From positions 77,009 through 141,008 of the forward strand of contig CAYSHM010000002.1 in the NCBI GenBank assembly GCA_964430885.1: a DNA stretch of 64,000 nucleotides. Direction: 5' to 3'. This DNA comes from an uncultured archaeon. Lineage in GTDB: Archaea; Thermoplasmatota; Penumbrarchaeia; JASLWR01. Positions 50,519 to 61,513 of this stretch are shown in pieces; within the stretch, counting starts at the first letter, position 1, and the number at the start of each line of letters is the position of its first letter. Below the pieces are notes generated by a model. That model was not told the origin of the DNA. It ran no database searches and saw only the letters and a list, made by a program, of their open reading frames with translations. The translations under genes and the position numbers were made by a program.

Positions 50519-52381
50519 TCAGGATTTTTCTTTGGTTTTGAATTTTTTAATTCTGACCAAAACGACCGCTGCACAAATTACCGCTAGAACTATTATTATT
50601 ACTAGAATCGAACCTTTTGACATCCCAGAACTGTTTTTCTCAATATTTTTATCCAGAGTTATAGTGACCATACCGCTCTCAGTTACCACTGACACGAGAC
50701 TGCCTATCTTCTTTTCCTTTGTGGCATTGAAATAGTATTTGCTGTGCATTATATTTTTCAGAATCATTTTCCCCTGCTCGTCAGTAGTACCGTTATAGGA
50801 CCATCCATCCTCCCTGGAAGTAATCAATATCTCCGCACCACCTATGGGTTCACCAGAGGTGTCCACCACATTTACCTCGACTTCTTCCAAAGGCCCGAAA
50901 GTGCACCATGGCCCTGGAATGATGTCAACCAGATCGTCGAATGCATATTCAGGGTGCTCTTTTCTATGGTCTGCGACTTTAAAGGGCTGGCCGCATGAAT
51001 GGCCGAAGCGGGCCCAAGTTTCGAAACGGGCCGCCAGTGTTTGGTTTGTAACCTTTCCATCAAGAGAACCCCACGGATAGCCGGATTCGTTCTCCACATG
51101 GCCGCATAGGGTATGCCCGCATGGGTTGATGGTTTCCTCTACAGTGTCGTAGTGATCGCTGAGGATTTTTTTTCCGATCTCAATATCGATCTTCCCGTTG
51201 TACTGTTCGTATAGCTGATTTAACCTCACATAGCGCGGATAGCAGCCGTGGTCCCAGCCTTGGATCTCATTCATCTCTGCAGCGACCTCCGGGTCCCAGG
51301 GATAATTGCATGAACCAAGAAACCCGTCAGTGGTCCTTGCTAATTCGTATTCACTGGAGCCCAGTTCAAGTATTGCCACCTCATTTGTCTTGGCATCACC
51401 CAATAGATAATCTCCGCAGTAGGCGCCGTTAGTGTCAGTAAGCATTATATCCTTGAACTCATCGATACTGTCGGAATATTGAACTGCTTTTCGGAGTCTC
51501 ACAAAAGAGGGAACATTGCCCCAGTTGTATGGCCCACCACCTAGAGTGGTTTCCCCTATGACCATCCCGGCTCCATTTAGATACCATTCAGTTCCGCTCC
51601 AGATCATTCCTGCGGTCACTTCCATCAGTATACGGTTCCCGGTTTCCGGAACAATATCTATGAATATGGCAAAGGAAGGAGAGAGGTAGAAGGGCATCCA
51701 TAGGTTCTGGGCGATAACGAATTTGCCGTCAGCCGTAGCGCTGCCAGTGGCAACGAATGCTGAACAATGGTGGATATTTCCTTCAGGAAAAGGCATGGGG
51801 TTCTCTTCCTCTTCACCCAGGAAAGGGAAGGGAAGTCTCTTTCCGACCCCGTCGACCCTCCACCAGAGGTCCCACATGCAGTTCAAAGTAAGTATGTCGA
51901 GCCAATCAACAGTGGATCCCAGAGGGTTTAGGGCATTTTTCGTAGCTGCGCCCTGGGCAATACCTTCAATTTCTTCCTTCTGCTCTTGGGGGACATATGC
52001 CCAGAAATTAGCGGCATGAAGGCGGCATTCTCTCCAGTTCATATCATATCTGTCTTCAGTAAGATGTGCGTATGCAGATATTGCTCTTTCGATCATATCT
52101 GCTAGCACCTCGCCGTGGGTTGTACCTATCTCATTAGGGCTTCCTTCCACGTGGAGATATGTGAACCCGCATTTCTCAAATAAAATGTAATTGTCACCTT
52201 GAGTTACACTTCTAGCTTCCGCCTGCCCCTTGGAATAATGAACTAGATCTTTATAATCTTCAACATTATCATTGGCGGCTGTGAGGGTGGGGAATGCCAT
52301 TAGCGTTATGATTAGAAAGATTACCCCCCGGCGATTGTACCGCTTTCCTTTTATTGGAATTAATTTTTTGATCCTTATCAT
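50519..52381 (-). CDS. Membrane-anchored Ntn hydrolase (peptidase C45 / phospholipase B-like)
   Basis: Signal peptide; G.P.EIG..HG; HCSAF nucleophile motif; ETT; NGAY; GSLDGKV; C-terminal Ig-like domain and TM helix. Start placed at the ATG after a GGAGG RBS. Confidence 0.85.
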   Translation of the reverse strand: MIRIKKLIPIKGKRYNRRGVIFLIITLMAFPTLTAANDNVEDYKDLVHYSKGQAEARSVTQGDNYILFEKCGFTYLHVEGSPNEIGTTHGEVLADMIERAISAYAHLTEDRYDMNWRECRLHAANFWAYVPQEQKEEIEGIAQGAATKNALNPLGSTVDWLDILTLNCMWDLWWRVDGVGKRLPFPFLGEEEENPMPFPEGNIHHCSAFVATGSATADGKFVIAQNLWMPFYLSPSFAIFIDIVPETGNRILMEVTAGMIWSGTEWYLNGAGMVIGETTLGGGPYNWGNVPSFVRLRKAVQYSDSIDEFKDIMLTDTNGAYCGDYLLGDAKTNEVAILELGSSEYELARTTDGFLGSCNYPWDPEVAAEMNEIQGWDHGCYPRYVRLNQLYEQYNGKIDIEIGKKILSDHYDTVEETINPCGHTLCGHVENESGYPWGSLDGKVTNQTLAARFETWARFGHSCGQPFKVADHRKEHPEYAFDDLVDIIPGPWCTFGPLEEVEVNVVDTSGEPIGGAEILITSREDGWSYNGTTDEQGKMILKNIMHSKYYFNATKEKKIGSLVSVVTESGMVTITLDKNIEKNSSGMSKGSILVIIIVLAVICAAVVLVRIKKFKTKEKS

Positions 52382-52910
52382 AGTTGGTTCCTCCGGGGCA
52401 TGGGGAGTGGGTCCAGAAATCGTATATGTGGCTTTGTTTGACATTTGCATCTGAAAATAATCCTTCCTAAGGATACAGATAATTACCCTATATCATTTCA
52501 ATTATTATTTAGTTTTGTTCGAGATATGAAATCAGACACCGCAATGGCAGAGGATCTTATTGGTTCATGATGAAAAAATTTATAGGTTTTAATTGCTTGC
52601 CGTATGTGAAAAAATATGGTAAATTATAAGGTAAAAATTATGTAGTCTTTAAAGAATGCAGTCACGATTAAATAAAATGATATTGTTTACCATTTAACAA
52701 ACCTTGAGGACATCTGCAGATGATGATAATAGGTGTAAGTTGCCAATATTTCATCACTTTTATTGGAGAGCAATGATTATCTAGGGTTGACTTAAATCTA
52801 ATTAATTTTATATAAATGTAAATATTTAACGTGGCTAATAATTGATAAAATTGATTTTAAAAATTTAGTAAAGCACTTGGGAAATAATTAAGGAAATGGG
52901 AGGAGTCAAA

Positions 52911-54407
52911 ATGGTTGATGATAAGGACGAATTGAACGTATTTGAAGATATCCATGAACATTACAGGAATATTTTTCAGAATTCGTTAGTAGGCATTTAT
53001 AGAAGCACACCTGACGGCAAGGTTGTTCTTGCAAATCCAGCATTGATCAAGATGTTGGGATATTCTAGTTTCAAGGAACTCGCACAGCTGAACCTTGAGG
53101 AAGGGGATAGATTCGTATCCATATCCCGAAAGGATTTCAAGGACAAGCTGGAAACGGATGGTATGATCACCGGGATGGAATACAAGATCAAAACCGCAAC
53201 AGGTGATGTGATCATTGTCAGGGAAAATGCCAAGGTCATCAAGAACGGTAAGGGGAATGCTCTGTATTATGATGGAATGATGGAGGATATAACTGAACAG
53301 AGAAGGATAAAGGACGCCCTGAAGGAAAAAGAGGAATTGTATCAGAGTCTTGTAGCCATATCTCCAGTCCCAATTATTCTTACAGACATGAAAGGCAATA
53401 TCTTGGAAGCCTCCAAGAGTGCTAAGGGATTATGGGGCTACAGCAAAATGGACGAGTTCTCGAATAAGGGAGTAATATCTCTCGTCGCTGATGAGCACCG
53501 AGAAAAGGTGAAGATAGGTTTCAATAATCTGTGTGCAAATAGACAAGTTAACGATCTCCAATTAAATTTTCTGAAGTCGGATGGAGCTATTTTCATTGGC
53601 GAGGTGAACTGTTCTCTGATCTATGGAGCTGAGGCCGAACCCAAGTATGTTATTCATACAATCAGGGACATTACTGACCAGAAAGAGATGGAGATCGAGA
53701 TGAAGAAGAGATTGATGAAATTCAATGTCGACAACGGAAATATCTATCTCATAAAAGAAGTTAGCAGCTCACTTTCCCTTGAAGTTTTTGTGGACCTATT
53801 GAACGTCCAGTTTGAAGGAATAGTAATGTCCAGAAAAACATATAAGGATTTCCAAAAGGCAATGGAAGGCGATTATGCCCATTATTGGTTGGCGGAAAGA
53901 ACGGGTCATAATTCCATCTTTCCATCCAAGGACGAGATTCTGGCCTTCGCTTCCCAACTGCCTAAAAGAAAAGTGGTATTATTAGACCGCCTGGATTACA
54001 TAATATCCAAAATAGGCTACAGTGAGACCTTGTCCATGGTTCAGTCATTAAGGGAAATTGCCTACTACTCTGATCATATCATCCTTTTCACAATAGACCC
54101 GAATGTTCTGGACGAAAGGCAACTCGCTATGCTGAACAATGAGACCAAGGAAGTCTTCCCCTTCCAAAAGGCTTGGCTACCAGAGGATCTTTTAGAAGTA
54201 CTGAAATTCGTGTACAATGAGAACAAGATGGGCAACAAACCTTCTCATACACGGGTTAGCAGGATGATAGGGATTAGTAAACCTACAGCAGGAAAAAGGA
54301 TCAGGCAGCTGGTGGATTCTGGATTTCTCATTGAGAGCCTAAAAGGAAAGAGCAAGATACTAGAACTATCGCCTGATGGGAAACGTCTGTTTCTGGAGAA
54401 TATGTGA
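52911..54407 (+). CDS. PAS-PAS-DUF835-winged-helix one-component regulator
   Basis: Two PAS domains (ANPA..KMLGY, EDITE, RDITD), DUF835-like core (LLDRLDY), C-terminal HTH (ISKPTAGKRIRQLVDSG). Confidence 0.85.
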   Translation: MVDDKDELNVFEDIHEHYRNIFQNSLVGIYRSTPDGKVVLANPALIKMLGYSSFKELAQLNLEEGDRFVSISRKDFKDKLETDGMITGMEYKIKTATGDVIIVRENAKVIKNGKGNALYYDGMMEDITEQRRIKDALKEKEELYQSLVAISPVPIILTDMKGNILEASKSAKGLWGYSKMDEFSNKGVISLVADEHREKVKIGFNNLCANRQVNDLQLNFLKSDGAIFIGEVNCSLIYGAEAEPKYVIHTIRDITDQKEMEIEMKKRLMKFNVDNGNIYLIKEVSSSLSLEVFVDLLNVQFEGIVMSRKTYKDFQKAMEGDYAHYWLAERTGHNSIFPSKDEILAFASQLPKRKVVLLDRLDYIISKIGYSETLSMVQSLREIAYYSDHIILFTIDPNVLDERQLAMLNNETKEVFPFQKAWLPEDLLEVLKFVYNENKMGNKPSHTRVSRMIGISKPTAGKRIRQLVDSGFLIESLKGKSKILELSPDGKRLFLENM

Positions 54408-54681
54408 GGCCCAGCTCTGTAAATCTTCTCAAACAGATGAAATCAGATTTCATAAGAATTTCACGATATAGATGAATCAGTTCAGGTTCAATAATAATTG
54501 AATTCGGATTTGTCAAGACTAGGTGATAGGTGTTTAATGGGTATAAATTGCAAAATTATCAATTCAATTTCTATATTGGAAGGAAGGATATAAATATAAA
54601 AAATCCCACATTTACAGTTGCTTCATTGGTGATATTGGATTTTGTGTTTTATTAAAAATCAAAGGCCGGTTCAAAGGAGCA

Positions 54682-56604
54682 ATGAAACATATGGATACTG
54701 AAGGAGATCAAATAACTTCCCGAAAGCAGCAGGTTAATCTGAAAAATCGATATCCTTCCAAATTTGCACCTCTGAACATTATTTTTTCGAAAATTCACAG
54801 GGGGGATAGAATATTCGTTGGAACTGCCTGTGCCGAGCCTCAATACCTTGTCCGTTCTCTTATAGATTATGTCGATAACAATCCAAAGGCCATTTTCGAT
54901 GCCGAGGTGATCCACGTATGGACCTTGGGTGTTGCTCCATACACACAGGGAAAGTTTAAAAGGAACTTCAGGCATAATTCGTTTTTTGTGGGTGACAATA
55001 CCAGGAATGCTGTTAACACAGGGTTGGCTGATTATACACCTATCTTCCTTTCCCAGGTGCCGGATTTATTTCAGAGAGAAGTAGTACCTATTGATGTAGC
55101 GTTAATTCAGACCTCGTTCCCGGACCGGCATGGTTATATGAGCCTTGGTATCAGTGTTGATATTGTCAAGACCGCAGTGGAGAAAGCCAAGCTGGTGATA
55201 GTTCAGGTTAATTCAAGGATGCCTAGAACCCACGGCGATGGGCATGTTCACATATCCGATGTTGATTTTATTATTCATCAAGACGAGGATATTCTGGAAT
55301 ATGATGCAGGGGGTGACTCCGATATAGCTCAAAAGATAGGTTCTTATGTTTCCCGACTGATCCAGAATGGTGATACGATCCAGGTGGGCTATGGGAGCAT
55401 ACCCGATGCCATACTTTCAAATCTGGGTGATAAAAAGGACCTGGGGGTTCATACCGAACTTCTCTCCGACGGCATTGTTGATCTTATGAAAAAGGGGGTT
55501 ATCAATAATTTCCAAAAGACCATTAACAGAGGTATTTCCGTTGCTACTTTCTGTATGGGCTCCAGAGATACCTATGATTATGTTGATGATAATCCATCCA
55601 TTAAGTTCCACACTGTGGATTATACCAATGATCCCTTGGTCATAGCCCGTCATGAAAATATGACAGCTATAAACAGCGCTTTGGAGGTTGATCTTACGGG
55701 TCAGGCCACCGCCGAATCCATAGGGAAGACCTTCTACAGCGGAATTGGAGGACAGGCCGATTTCATGAGAGGAGCAATCCTGGCCAAGAACGGGAAAACA
55801 ATACTTACTCTTAGATCCACAGCCGAGGACGGTGGGGTCAGCAGAATCGTTCCATTCCTGCAGGAGGGTGCAGGAGTAACCCTGAACAGAGGGGACATTC
55901 ACTATGTTGTTACAGAGTTCGGAATTGCATATCTTCATGGTAAGAATATAAGAGAGAGAGCAATGGCGCTAATTTCCATATCCCATCCGAAGTTCCGCCC
56001 CCAGCTCATAAAGGAAGCCAAGAAGAGCGGTATTATCTACAGGGACCAAGCATTCATACCTGGAAAGAGGGGTCAGTATCCTGAAGATATTGAGACACAC
56101 CGGGCCCTTGCAGACGGTACGCAGATGTTGATCAGACCAATTAAGATAAGTGATGAACCGCTTATCAAGGATATGTTCTATTCTTTATCTGACAAAAGTA
56201 TGTATACCCGTTTTATTTCTCCAAGGAAGGATATGCCCCACGAGCGCCTTCAGGAATTTGTGGTAATCGACTACACCAAGGAAATGGTTTTATTGGCGGT
56301 GGTTGAGGAAGAGGAAAAGGAAATAGTAGTTGGGCTGGCCCAATACGGTCTAATTCCAGGGACCCATACTGCCGAGGCTGCTTTTGTAGTAAGGGATGAT
56401 TACCAGAATCTGGGAATTGGAAGCAAGCTTATGGCATATCTTACATATTTGGCAAAGAAGCAGGGTCTTCTGGGTTTTACAGCCGAGGTTCTGGTGCAAA
56501 ACCGACCTATGCTTAGGCTTTTCGAGAAGATGGGTTTTGATATTGAGAAGCACAGCGAATATGGAGTTTATGAGCTTAAAGCATTGTTTAAGGAGATGCA
56601 GTAA
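54682..56604 (+). CDS. Acetyl-CoA hydrolase/CoA-transferase fused to a GNAT acetyltransferase
   Basis: QVGYGSIP, GVHTELLSDG, SGIGGQADF, VTEFGIA; C-terminal GNAT (AEAAFVVRDDYQNLGIG, NRPMLRLFEKMGF). Confidence 0.93.
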   Translation: MKHMDTEGDQITSRKQQVNLKNRYPSKFAPLNIIFSKIHRGDRIFVGTACAEPQYLVRSLIDYVDNNPKAIFDAEVIHVWTLGVAPYTQGKFKRNFRHNSFFVGDNTRNAVNTGLADYTPIFLSQVPDLFQREVVPIDVALIQTSFPDRHGYMSLGISVDIVKTAVEKAKLVIVQVNSRMPRTHGDGHVHISDVDFIIHQDEDILEYDAGGDSDIAQKIGSYVSRLIQNGDTIQVGYGSIPDAILSNLGDKKDLGVHTELLSDGIVDLMKKGVINNFQKTINRGISVATFCMGSRDTYDYVDDNPSIKFHTVDYTNDPLVIARHENMTAINSALEVDLTGQATAESIGKTFYSGIGGQADFMRGAILAKNGKTILTLRSTAEDGGVSRIVPFLQEGAGVTLNRGDIHYVVTEFGIAYLHGKNIRERAMALISISHPKFRPQLIKEAKKSGIIYRDQAFIPGKRGQYPEDIETHRALADGTQMLIRPIKISDEPLIKDMFYSLSDKSMYTRFISPRKDMPHERLQEFVVIDYTKEMVLLAVVEEEEKEIVVGLAQYGLIPGTHTAEAAFVVRDDYQNLGIGSKLMAYLTYLAKKQGLLGFTAEVLVQNRPMLRLFEKMGFDIEKHSEYGVYELKALFKEMQ

Positions 56605-58736
56605 TGGCCGAAGAGAAAAAGAATGATTGGCCGGAAATCAAATATCTTTTCGAACCCCGTTCTGTGGCAGTGATAGGTGCATCGGACAATCGCTCCAAAA
56701 TAGGATGCAGGGTCCTGGAGAACATTCTGTATAGCCGCTATCCCGGGAAGGTTTATCCGGTAAATCCCAAAGGCGGTGAGATCCTGGGTCTGGAAACCTT
56801 CACATCCATTACCGATGTTTCCGGAGAAGTTGATATGGCGGTGATTGTGATACCACACCGTTTCGTTTTTCGGTCGATCAAGGATTGCACAAAGAAGGGT
56901 GTTAAGTTCGGGGTGATAATTACATCCGGATTCTCCGAAGTAGGCAATATACAGTGTGAGAGAGAGATAGTGGATTACGCCAATGCACATGGTATGAGAA
57001 TTTTAGGGCCGAATATTTTTGGAGTTTATTCGTCAATGGCCCCAATAAATGCAACTTTCGGGCCAAAAGAAGTATCTCCCGGGAATGTGGCGCTCATTAC
57101 TCAAAGCGGTGCTTTGGGTATCGCCATGTTCGGCAAGACAAAGGTGGAGAACATCGGTCTCTCTGCGGTAATATCCGTCGGTAACAAGTCCGACATTGAC
57201 GAGGGTGAACTGCTTGATTATCTGGCGAGGGATGAGTGCACCCGTGTGATACTGATGTACATGGAGGGTGTGACCAACGGGGAGGGATTTGTTGAATCCC
57301 TCAAGAGAATAACACGGAAAAAACCCGTTGTAATAATCAAGTCAGGGAGGTCCAAGAGGGGCGCTATGGCTGCTGCATCCCATACCGGATCTCTAGCAGG
57401 AGCCGATGAGGTATTTGATGATGTAATGAGACAGTGCGGCGTTTTAAGAGCCGAGAGCGTTCAGGAGGCACTGGACTGGTGCAAGTTCCTATCCAATTCC
57501 CCTCTCCCTAAAGGAGACAGGACCGTTATAGTAACAAACGGCGGCGGTATTGGTGTTATGGCCACTGATGCGTGTGAGAAATTCGGTGTTGACCTTTATG
57601 ATGATCTTATCACTATGCAGGAGCTATTCAATCCTGTTACTCCAGAATTCGGTTCTGTGAAGAACCCTGTTGATATAACCGGTCAGGCATCGGCAGAGGA
57701 TTATAGAACGGCCCTTGAAGCTTCCATGGAATCCCCGAAGGTAGATTCGGTGGTATGTCTGGGATGTGAAACCGCCCTTTTCGATTCCAATCTTGTGACC
57801 TCGACCATTGAGGATATCTATGAACGCTATTATGGAAAAAAACCTATGGTTTTTTCCTTTTTGGGAGGCGGCGAGATGGAGAGAGGTATTGCAGAGATGA
57901 GAAAGAAGGGAATACCAGTATTCTCTGATGTGTACGATTCCATATCTTGTCTGGGGAAACTGTACACTCAATACCGGAACACCCTTGCGGGAATCTATTC
58001 AATCAATTATTCATTATCTGAAGAGGACAAAAGGATTGTATCAGAGGTTTTGGATTCAGTCCAGGCAAAGAGAAGGAAATTCCTTCTGCCGGAGGAATCA
58101 GGCAAGCTCATGGAGATAGTGAACATGCCAGTCCCCCGATCCCGAATTGCCCGGGATCTTCACCAGATAATCAAATACAGCCGTGAGATCGGGTTTCCTG
58201 TGGTCATGAAAGTAGTATCGAAAGATATTATCCATAAGAGCGACTCGGGCGGTGTGGCCCTTGACCTGGAGAACGTGGAGGAGGTCATAGATGCCTATGA
58301 GGCAATAATGTTCAACTGCCGGAAGAGCAATCCTTCAGCCCGTATAGAAGGGGTGGAGATATCTGAAATGGTCTCCACTGGTGTTGAGATGATTGTGGGT
58401 GCTAGAAGAGATGCTTCCTTTGGTCCGGTGGTGATGGTTGGTTTGGGGGGTATTTATGTGGAGGTCATGAAGGATATCTGCTTCAGGGCGCTGCCCGTTG
58501 ACCGTAAGGAAGCGATTTTAATGATAGAGGACATGCACTCATACCCGCTTTTAATGGGTGTAAGGGGAGAGGGAAGGAAGGATGTGGACGGCATAGTTGA
58601 TACTTTGATCAAGCTGGGGAAGATCTTGCTTGCGGATGAAAGAATTACTGATATTGAGATCAATCCCCTGGAGACATATGATCAGGGAAAAGGTGTGAAG
58701 GCGGTGGATGTGAGGATTCTGATTAGTGGCCTATAA
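56604..58736 (+). CDS. ADP-forming acetate/acyl-CoA ligase (alpha-beta fusion)
   Basis: PRSVAVIGAS, GPN, QSGA, AASHTGSLAG (phospho-His retained), HKSDSGGV, EIDINP-like ATP-grasp end. Confidence 0.93.
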   Translation: MAEEKKNDWPEIKYLFEPRSVAVIGASDNRSKIGCRVLENILYSRYPGKVYPVNPKGGEILGLETFTSITDVSGEVDMAVIVIPHRFVFRSIKDCTKKGVKFGVIITSGFSEVGNIQCEREIVDYANAHGMRILGPNIFGVYSSMAPINATFGPKEVSPGNVALITQSGALGIAMFGKTKVENIGLSAVISVGNKSDIDEGELLDYLARDECTRVILMYMEGVTNGEGFVESLKRITRKKPVVIIKSGRSKRGAMAAASHTGSLAGADEVFDDVMRQCGVLRAESVQEALDWCKFLSNSPLPKGDRTVIVTNGGGIGVMATDACEKFGVDLYDDLITMQELFNPVTPEFGSVKNPVDITGQASAEDYRTALEASMESPKVDSVVCLGCETALFDSNLVTSTIEDIYERYYGKKPMVFSFLGGGEMERGIAEMRKKGIPVFSDVYDSISCLGKLYTQYRNTLAGIYSINYSLSEEDKRIVSEVLDSVQAKRRKFLLPEESGKLMEIVNMPVPRSRIARDLHQIIKYSREIGFPVVMKVVSKDIIHKSDSGGVALDLENVEEVIDAYEAIMFNCRKSNPSARIEGVEISEMVSTGVEMIVGARRDASFGPVVMVGLGGIYVEVMKDICFRALPVDRKEAILMIEDMHSYPLLMGVRGEGRKDVDGIVDTLIKLGKILLADERITDIEINPLETYDQGKGVKAVDVRILISGL

Positions 58737-58849
58737 TGATCTGAAGGTATAATCTAGAGATTAGGATGATGAGATATTGAGAATAATTTGGAATATGATT
58801 GAGTAATCCAGAATTAAAATATTTACAGATTTTTTAAATAGTTGAAGAG

Positions 58850-59899
58850 GTGCGGAGAATGAAAAGATTGGTAATTGCTTCAATAAGACCAGATGTGGGT
58901 AAGACGAGTTTGATAATCGGAATGGGTAAGGTATCCGGTAAGAAGATCGGATACATGAAGCCTCTAGGTGACAGAATGCTTTACAGGAAAAAGCGTTTGT
59001 GGGACCACGATTCCTCATTGATCACTACCTTATTCGATCTAGATGAAGACCCGCGGGACCTGAGCATCGGGTTCGAGCACGCCAAACTGCGCTACATGCT
59101 CTTTGAAGAGAACGATACAAAGGAAAAGCTCCTTGAAAGATTATCAGATATCGGAGAGGCCGAAAGGGATGTGATATTCGTCGAGGGCGGAAAGGAAGTG
59201 AATTACGGGACCTCAGTTTTTCTGGACCCTATCTCTCTATCCCGGTATCTGAATGCCGATCTGGTTTTCGTGGTTTCAGGTAACGAGGACGAGATAATGG
59301 ATGACCTTATGTTCATAGAGAGGTATGTAACACTGGAGGAAGTTGGATTTTCAGGGGTTATCATTAATAAGGTGCGGCATCCTGTTGATTTCAAGTCAAC
59401 GTACATGGAAGATATCCAGTCCTTGGGGATCAATGTGCTGGGTGTAGTTCCCTATTCATCCGAATTGACCTATCTTACGGTGAATTATCTTGTTGAAAAA
59501 TTATTTGTAAAGGTCATATCCGCCAGGGATAACCTGGACCGGGTGATAAAGAACATTTTTGTTGGGGCAATGTCAGCAGATTCCGCCCTCAGAAACCCCC
59601 TTTTCCAGAAGGAGAAGAAGTTGATAATAACTAGCGGCGATAGGAGTGATATGATAATATCCGCCCTTGAAAGCGGTGCCTCATGCATTCTTCTTACCAA
59701 CAACATCCTCCCGCCTGTAAATATAATATCCAAAGCTGAGAATTTGGGCATTCCGATTCTGTCGGTACCTGTTGATACCTATAAGGCGGCCAAATCTATT
59801 GAGAAACTAGATCCCATTCCGGCTTGGAATGATAAGGCAAAACTTGAGTGTCTAACTCAGCTCGTAAAGGAAAATGTGGATGTGGAAGGAATTCTGTAA
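58850..59899 (+). CDS. Phosphotransacetylase N-terminal-like protein (BioD-like P-loop plus DRTGG)
   Basis: DVGKTS, GYMKPLG, VEGG, IINKV, VGAM, ITSGDRSD; no Pta catalytic domain. Confidence 0.88.
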   Translation: MRRMKRLVIASIRPDVGKTSLIIGMGKVSGKKIGYMKPLGDRMLYRKKRLWDHDSSLITTLFDLDEDPRDLSIGFEHAKLRYMLFEENDTKEKLLERLSDIGEAERDVIFVEGGKEVNYGTSVFLDPISLSRYLNADLVFVVSGNEDEIMDDLMFIERYVTLEEVGFSGVIINKVRHPVDFKSTYMEDIQSLGINVLGVVPYSSELTYLTVNYLVEKLFVKVISARDNLDRVIKNIFVGAMSADSALRNPLFQKEKKLIITSGDRSDMIISALESGASCILLTNNILPPVNIISKAENLGIPILSVPVDTYKAAKSIEKLDPIPAWNDKAKLECLTQLVKENVDVEGIL

Positions 59900-60113
59900 C
59901 AGTGTGTTTCAGGAATATTTCTGCGTAAATCTATATAAACCAAGAAACACACTCTGGGAGGAAACTAGAACCGGTTTTCTGTTCGATCAGCAGTATAGAT
60001 ACACTGCACATGATATAATAATAGAAGTTATAGGAACTTATTGGTCCGGTTCAGGATATGTCTGCATCTAAAAATGCAGATATTTCGATTTATTTAACAA
60101 AGGAGGTAATGAA

Positions 60114-61433
60114 ATGGAGGACATTTTGATTGAGAATGCGACAGTTATACCTGTCAGACCCAGCGGTAAGGTTTTCAAGAACCATTCAATTTTGATAGAG
60201 AATGGTAAGATCGCCGCATTGGGGAAAATTGAAGATATTAAAAAGGAACATTCACTTACTGGTGTAAGAAATATTTCTGGTCACAAGAAGCTGGTAATGC
60301 CTGGGATGATCAACGGTCACACCCACCTGCCCGAAACACTTCTTAGGGGTATCTGTGATGATGAGATGCTGGAGAAATGGTTATGGGATCATGTATGGGT
60401 ATGGGAAGGAAGAATGAAACCCAAACAGGCTAAGGCCGGATCCATGCTGGGGACGCTCGAGCTAATCAAGAACGGGGTCACAGGTTTCATTGATCAATTC
60501 TATTACACCAACGAGATAGCTGAGGCCGTTGATGAGAGCGGCATCAGGGGTCTTATCTGTCCCAGTGTTTTTGATAATAATGCTGAAGCAGGGTCCATAG
60601 ATAATTGTTTCAAGAGAGCCTGTGAGGTAGTTGACCAATGGTACGGCAAGGAGGACCGGATCATGTGGGGAATGGGACCTCATGCGCCATACACTGTTGA
60701 CAAGGATTGGCTTCTGAAGATCAAGGATTTCGTTCATGATAGGAAACTGCCTATTCATATACATGTACAGGAGACCCAGTGGGAGATCGACCAGGCACAA
60801 GAGAGTTTTGGGAATTCACCGGTTAAGTACATGGAGGAGATCGGACTTCTTGAGGAAAAGATACTTGCAGCCCACTGTGTTGTCACCTCGGATGAGGACC
60901 GCGACATTATGAAGAAATACGATGTCCATGTACTTCACAATCCCACATCCAATCTGAAATTGTCTTCAGGTATTGCACCTGTACAGAATTATCTTGAGAG
61001 GGGTATCAATGTGACGGTAGGAACGGACGGCAACGGGTCCAACAACGATCTGGACATGCTCACTGAGATCCATCTTGCAGCACTTCTGCAGAAATATTCC
61101 ACAGGCGTTCCCACAGCGATGCCCCTGGATTGGACTTTGGATCTAGCTACCATAAATGGCGCCAAGGCAATGGGTATCGATGATCGAGTTGGAACCCTTG
61201 AGGTCGGCAAGGAGGCCGACATGATTATTATGAATGTGAGCGGAGTAAACATGAATCCGCCTCACGATATGCTGTCCAATCTGATATACTCATCTTCATC
61301 CCGGGATATCGAAACAGTCATGGTCAAGGGCAATATAATAATGGAAGAAGGCCGCGTCCTGACAATGGATGAGGAGAAGGTAATAGAAGAGGGCAACGAG
61401 GCCATGAGGGTTCTCAGAGGGGATTTTGAATAG
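60114..61433 (+). CDS. mtaD: 5'-methylthioadenosine/SAH deaminase-like amidohydrolase
   Basis: PGMINGHTH, PHAPYT, HIHVQET, AAHCV, HNPTSNLKL, GTDG..SNN.LD. Confidence 0.85.
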   Translation: MEDILIENATVIPVRPSGKVFKNHSILIENGKIAALGKIEDIKKEHSLTGVRNISGHKKLVMPGMINGHTHLPETLLRGICDDEMLEKWLWDHVWVWEGRMKPKQAKAGSMLGTLELIKNGVTGFIDQFYYTNEIAEAVDESGIRGLICPSVFDNNAEAGSIDNCFKRACEVVDQWYGKEDRIMWGMGPHAPYTVDKDWLLKIKDFVHDRKLPIHIHVQETQWEIDQAQESFGNSPVKYMEEIGLLEEKILAAHCVVTSDEDRDIMKKYDVHVLHNPTSNLKLSSGIAPVQNYLERGINVTVGTDGNGSNNDLDMLTEIHLAALLQKYSTGVPTAMPLDWTLDLATINGAKAMGIDDRVGTLEVGKEADMIIMNVSGVNMNPPHDMLSNLIYSSSSRDIETVMVKGNIIMEEGRVLTMDEEKVIEEGNEAMRVLRGDFE

Positions 61434-61513
61434 ATTCACGATATTTTTGGAATTTGGGAGTGGGATCAAAGATAACATCCCCTCCCTACAACCTTATTTG
61501 TGAATGAAAAAAA

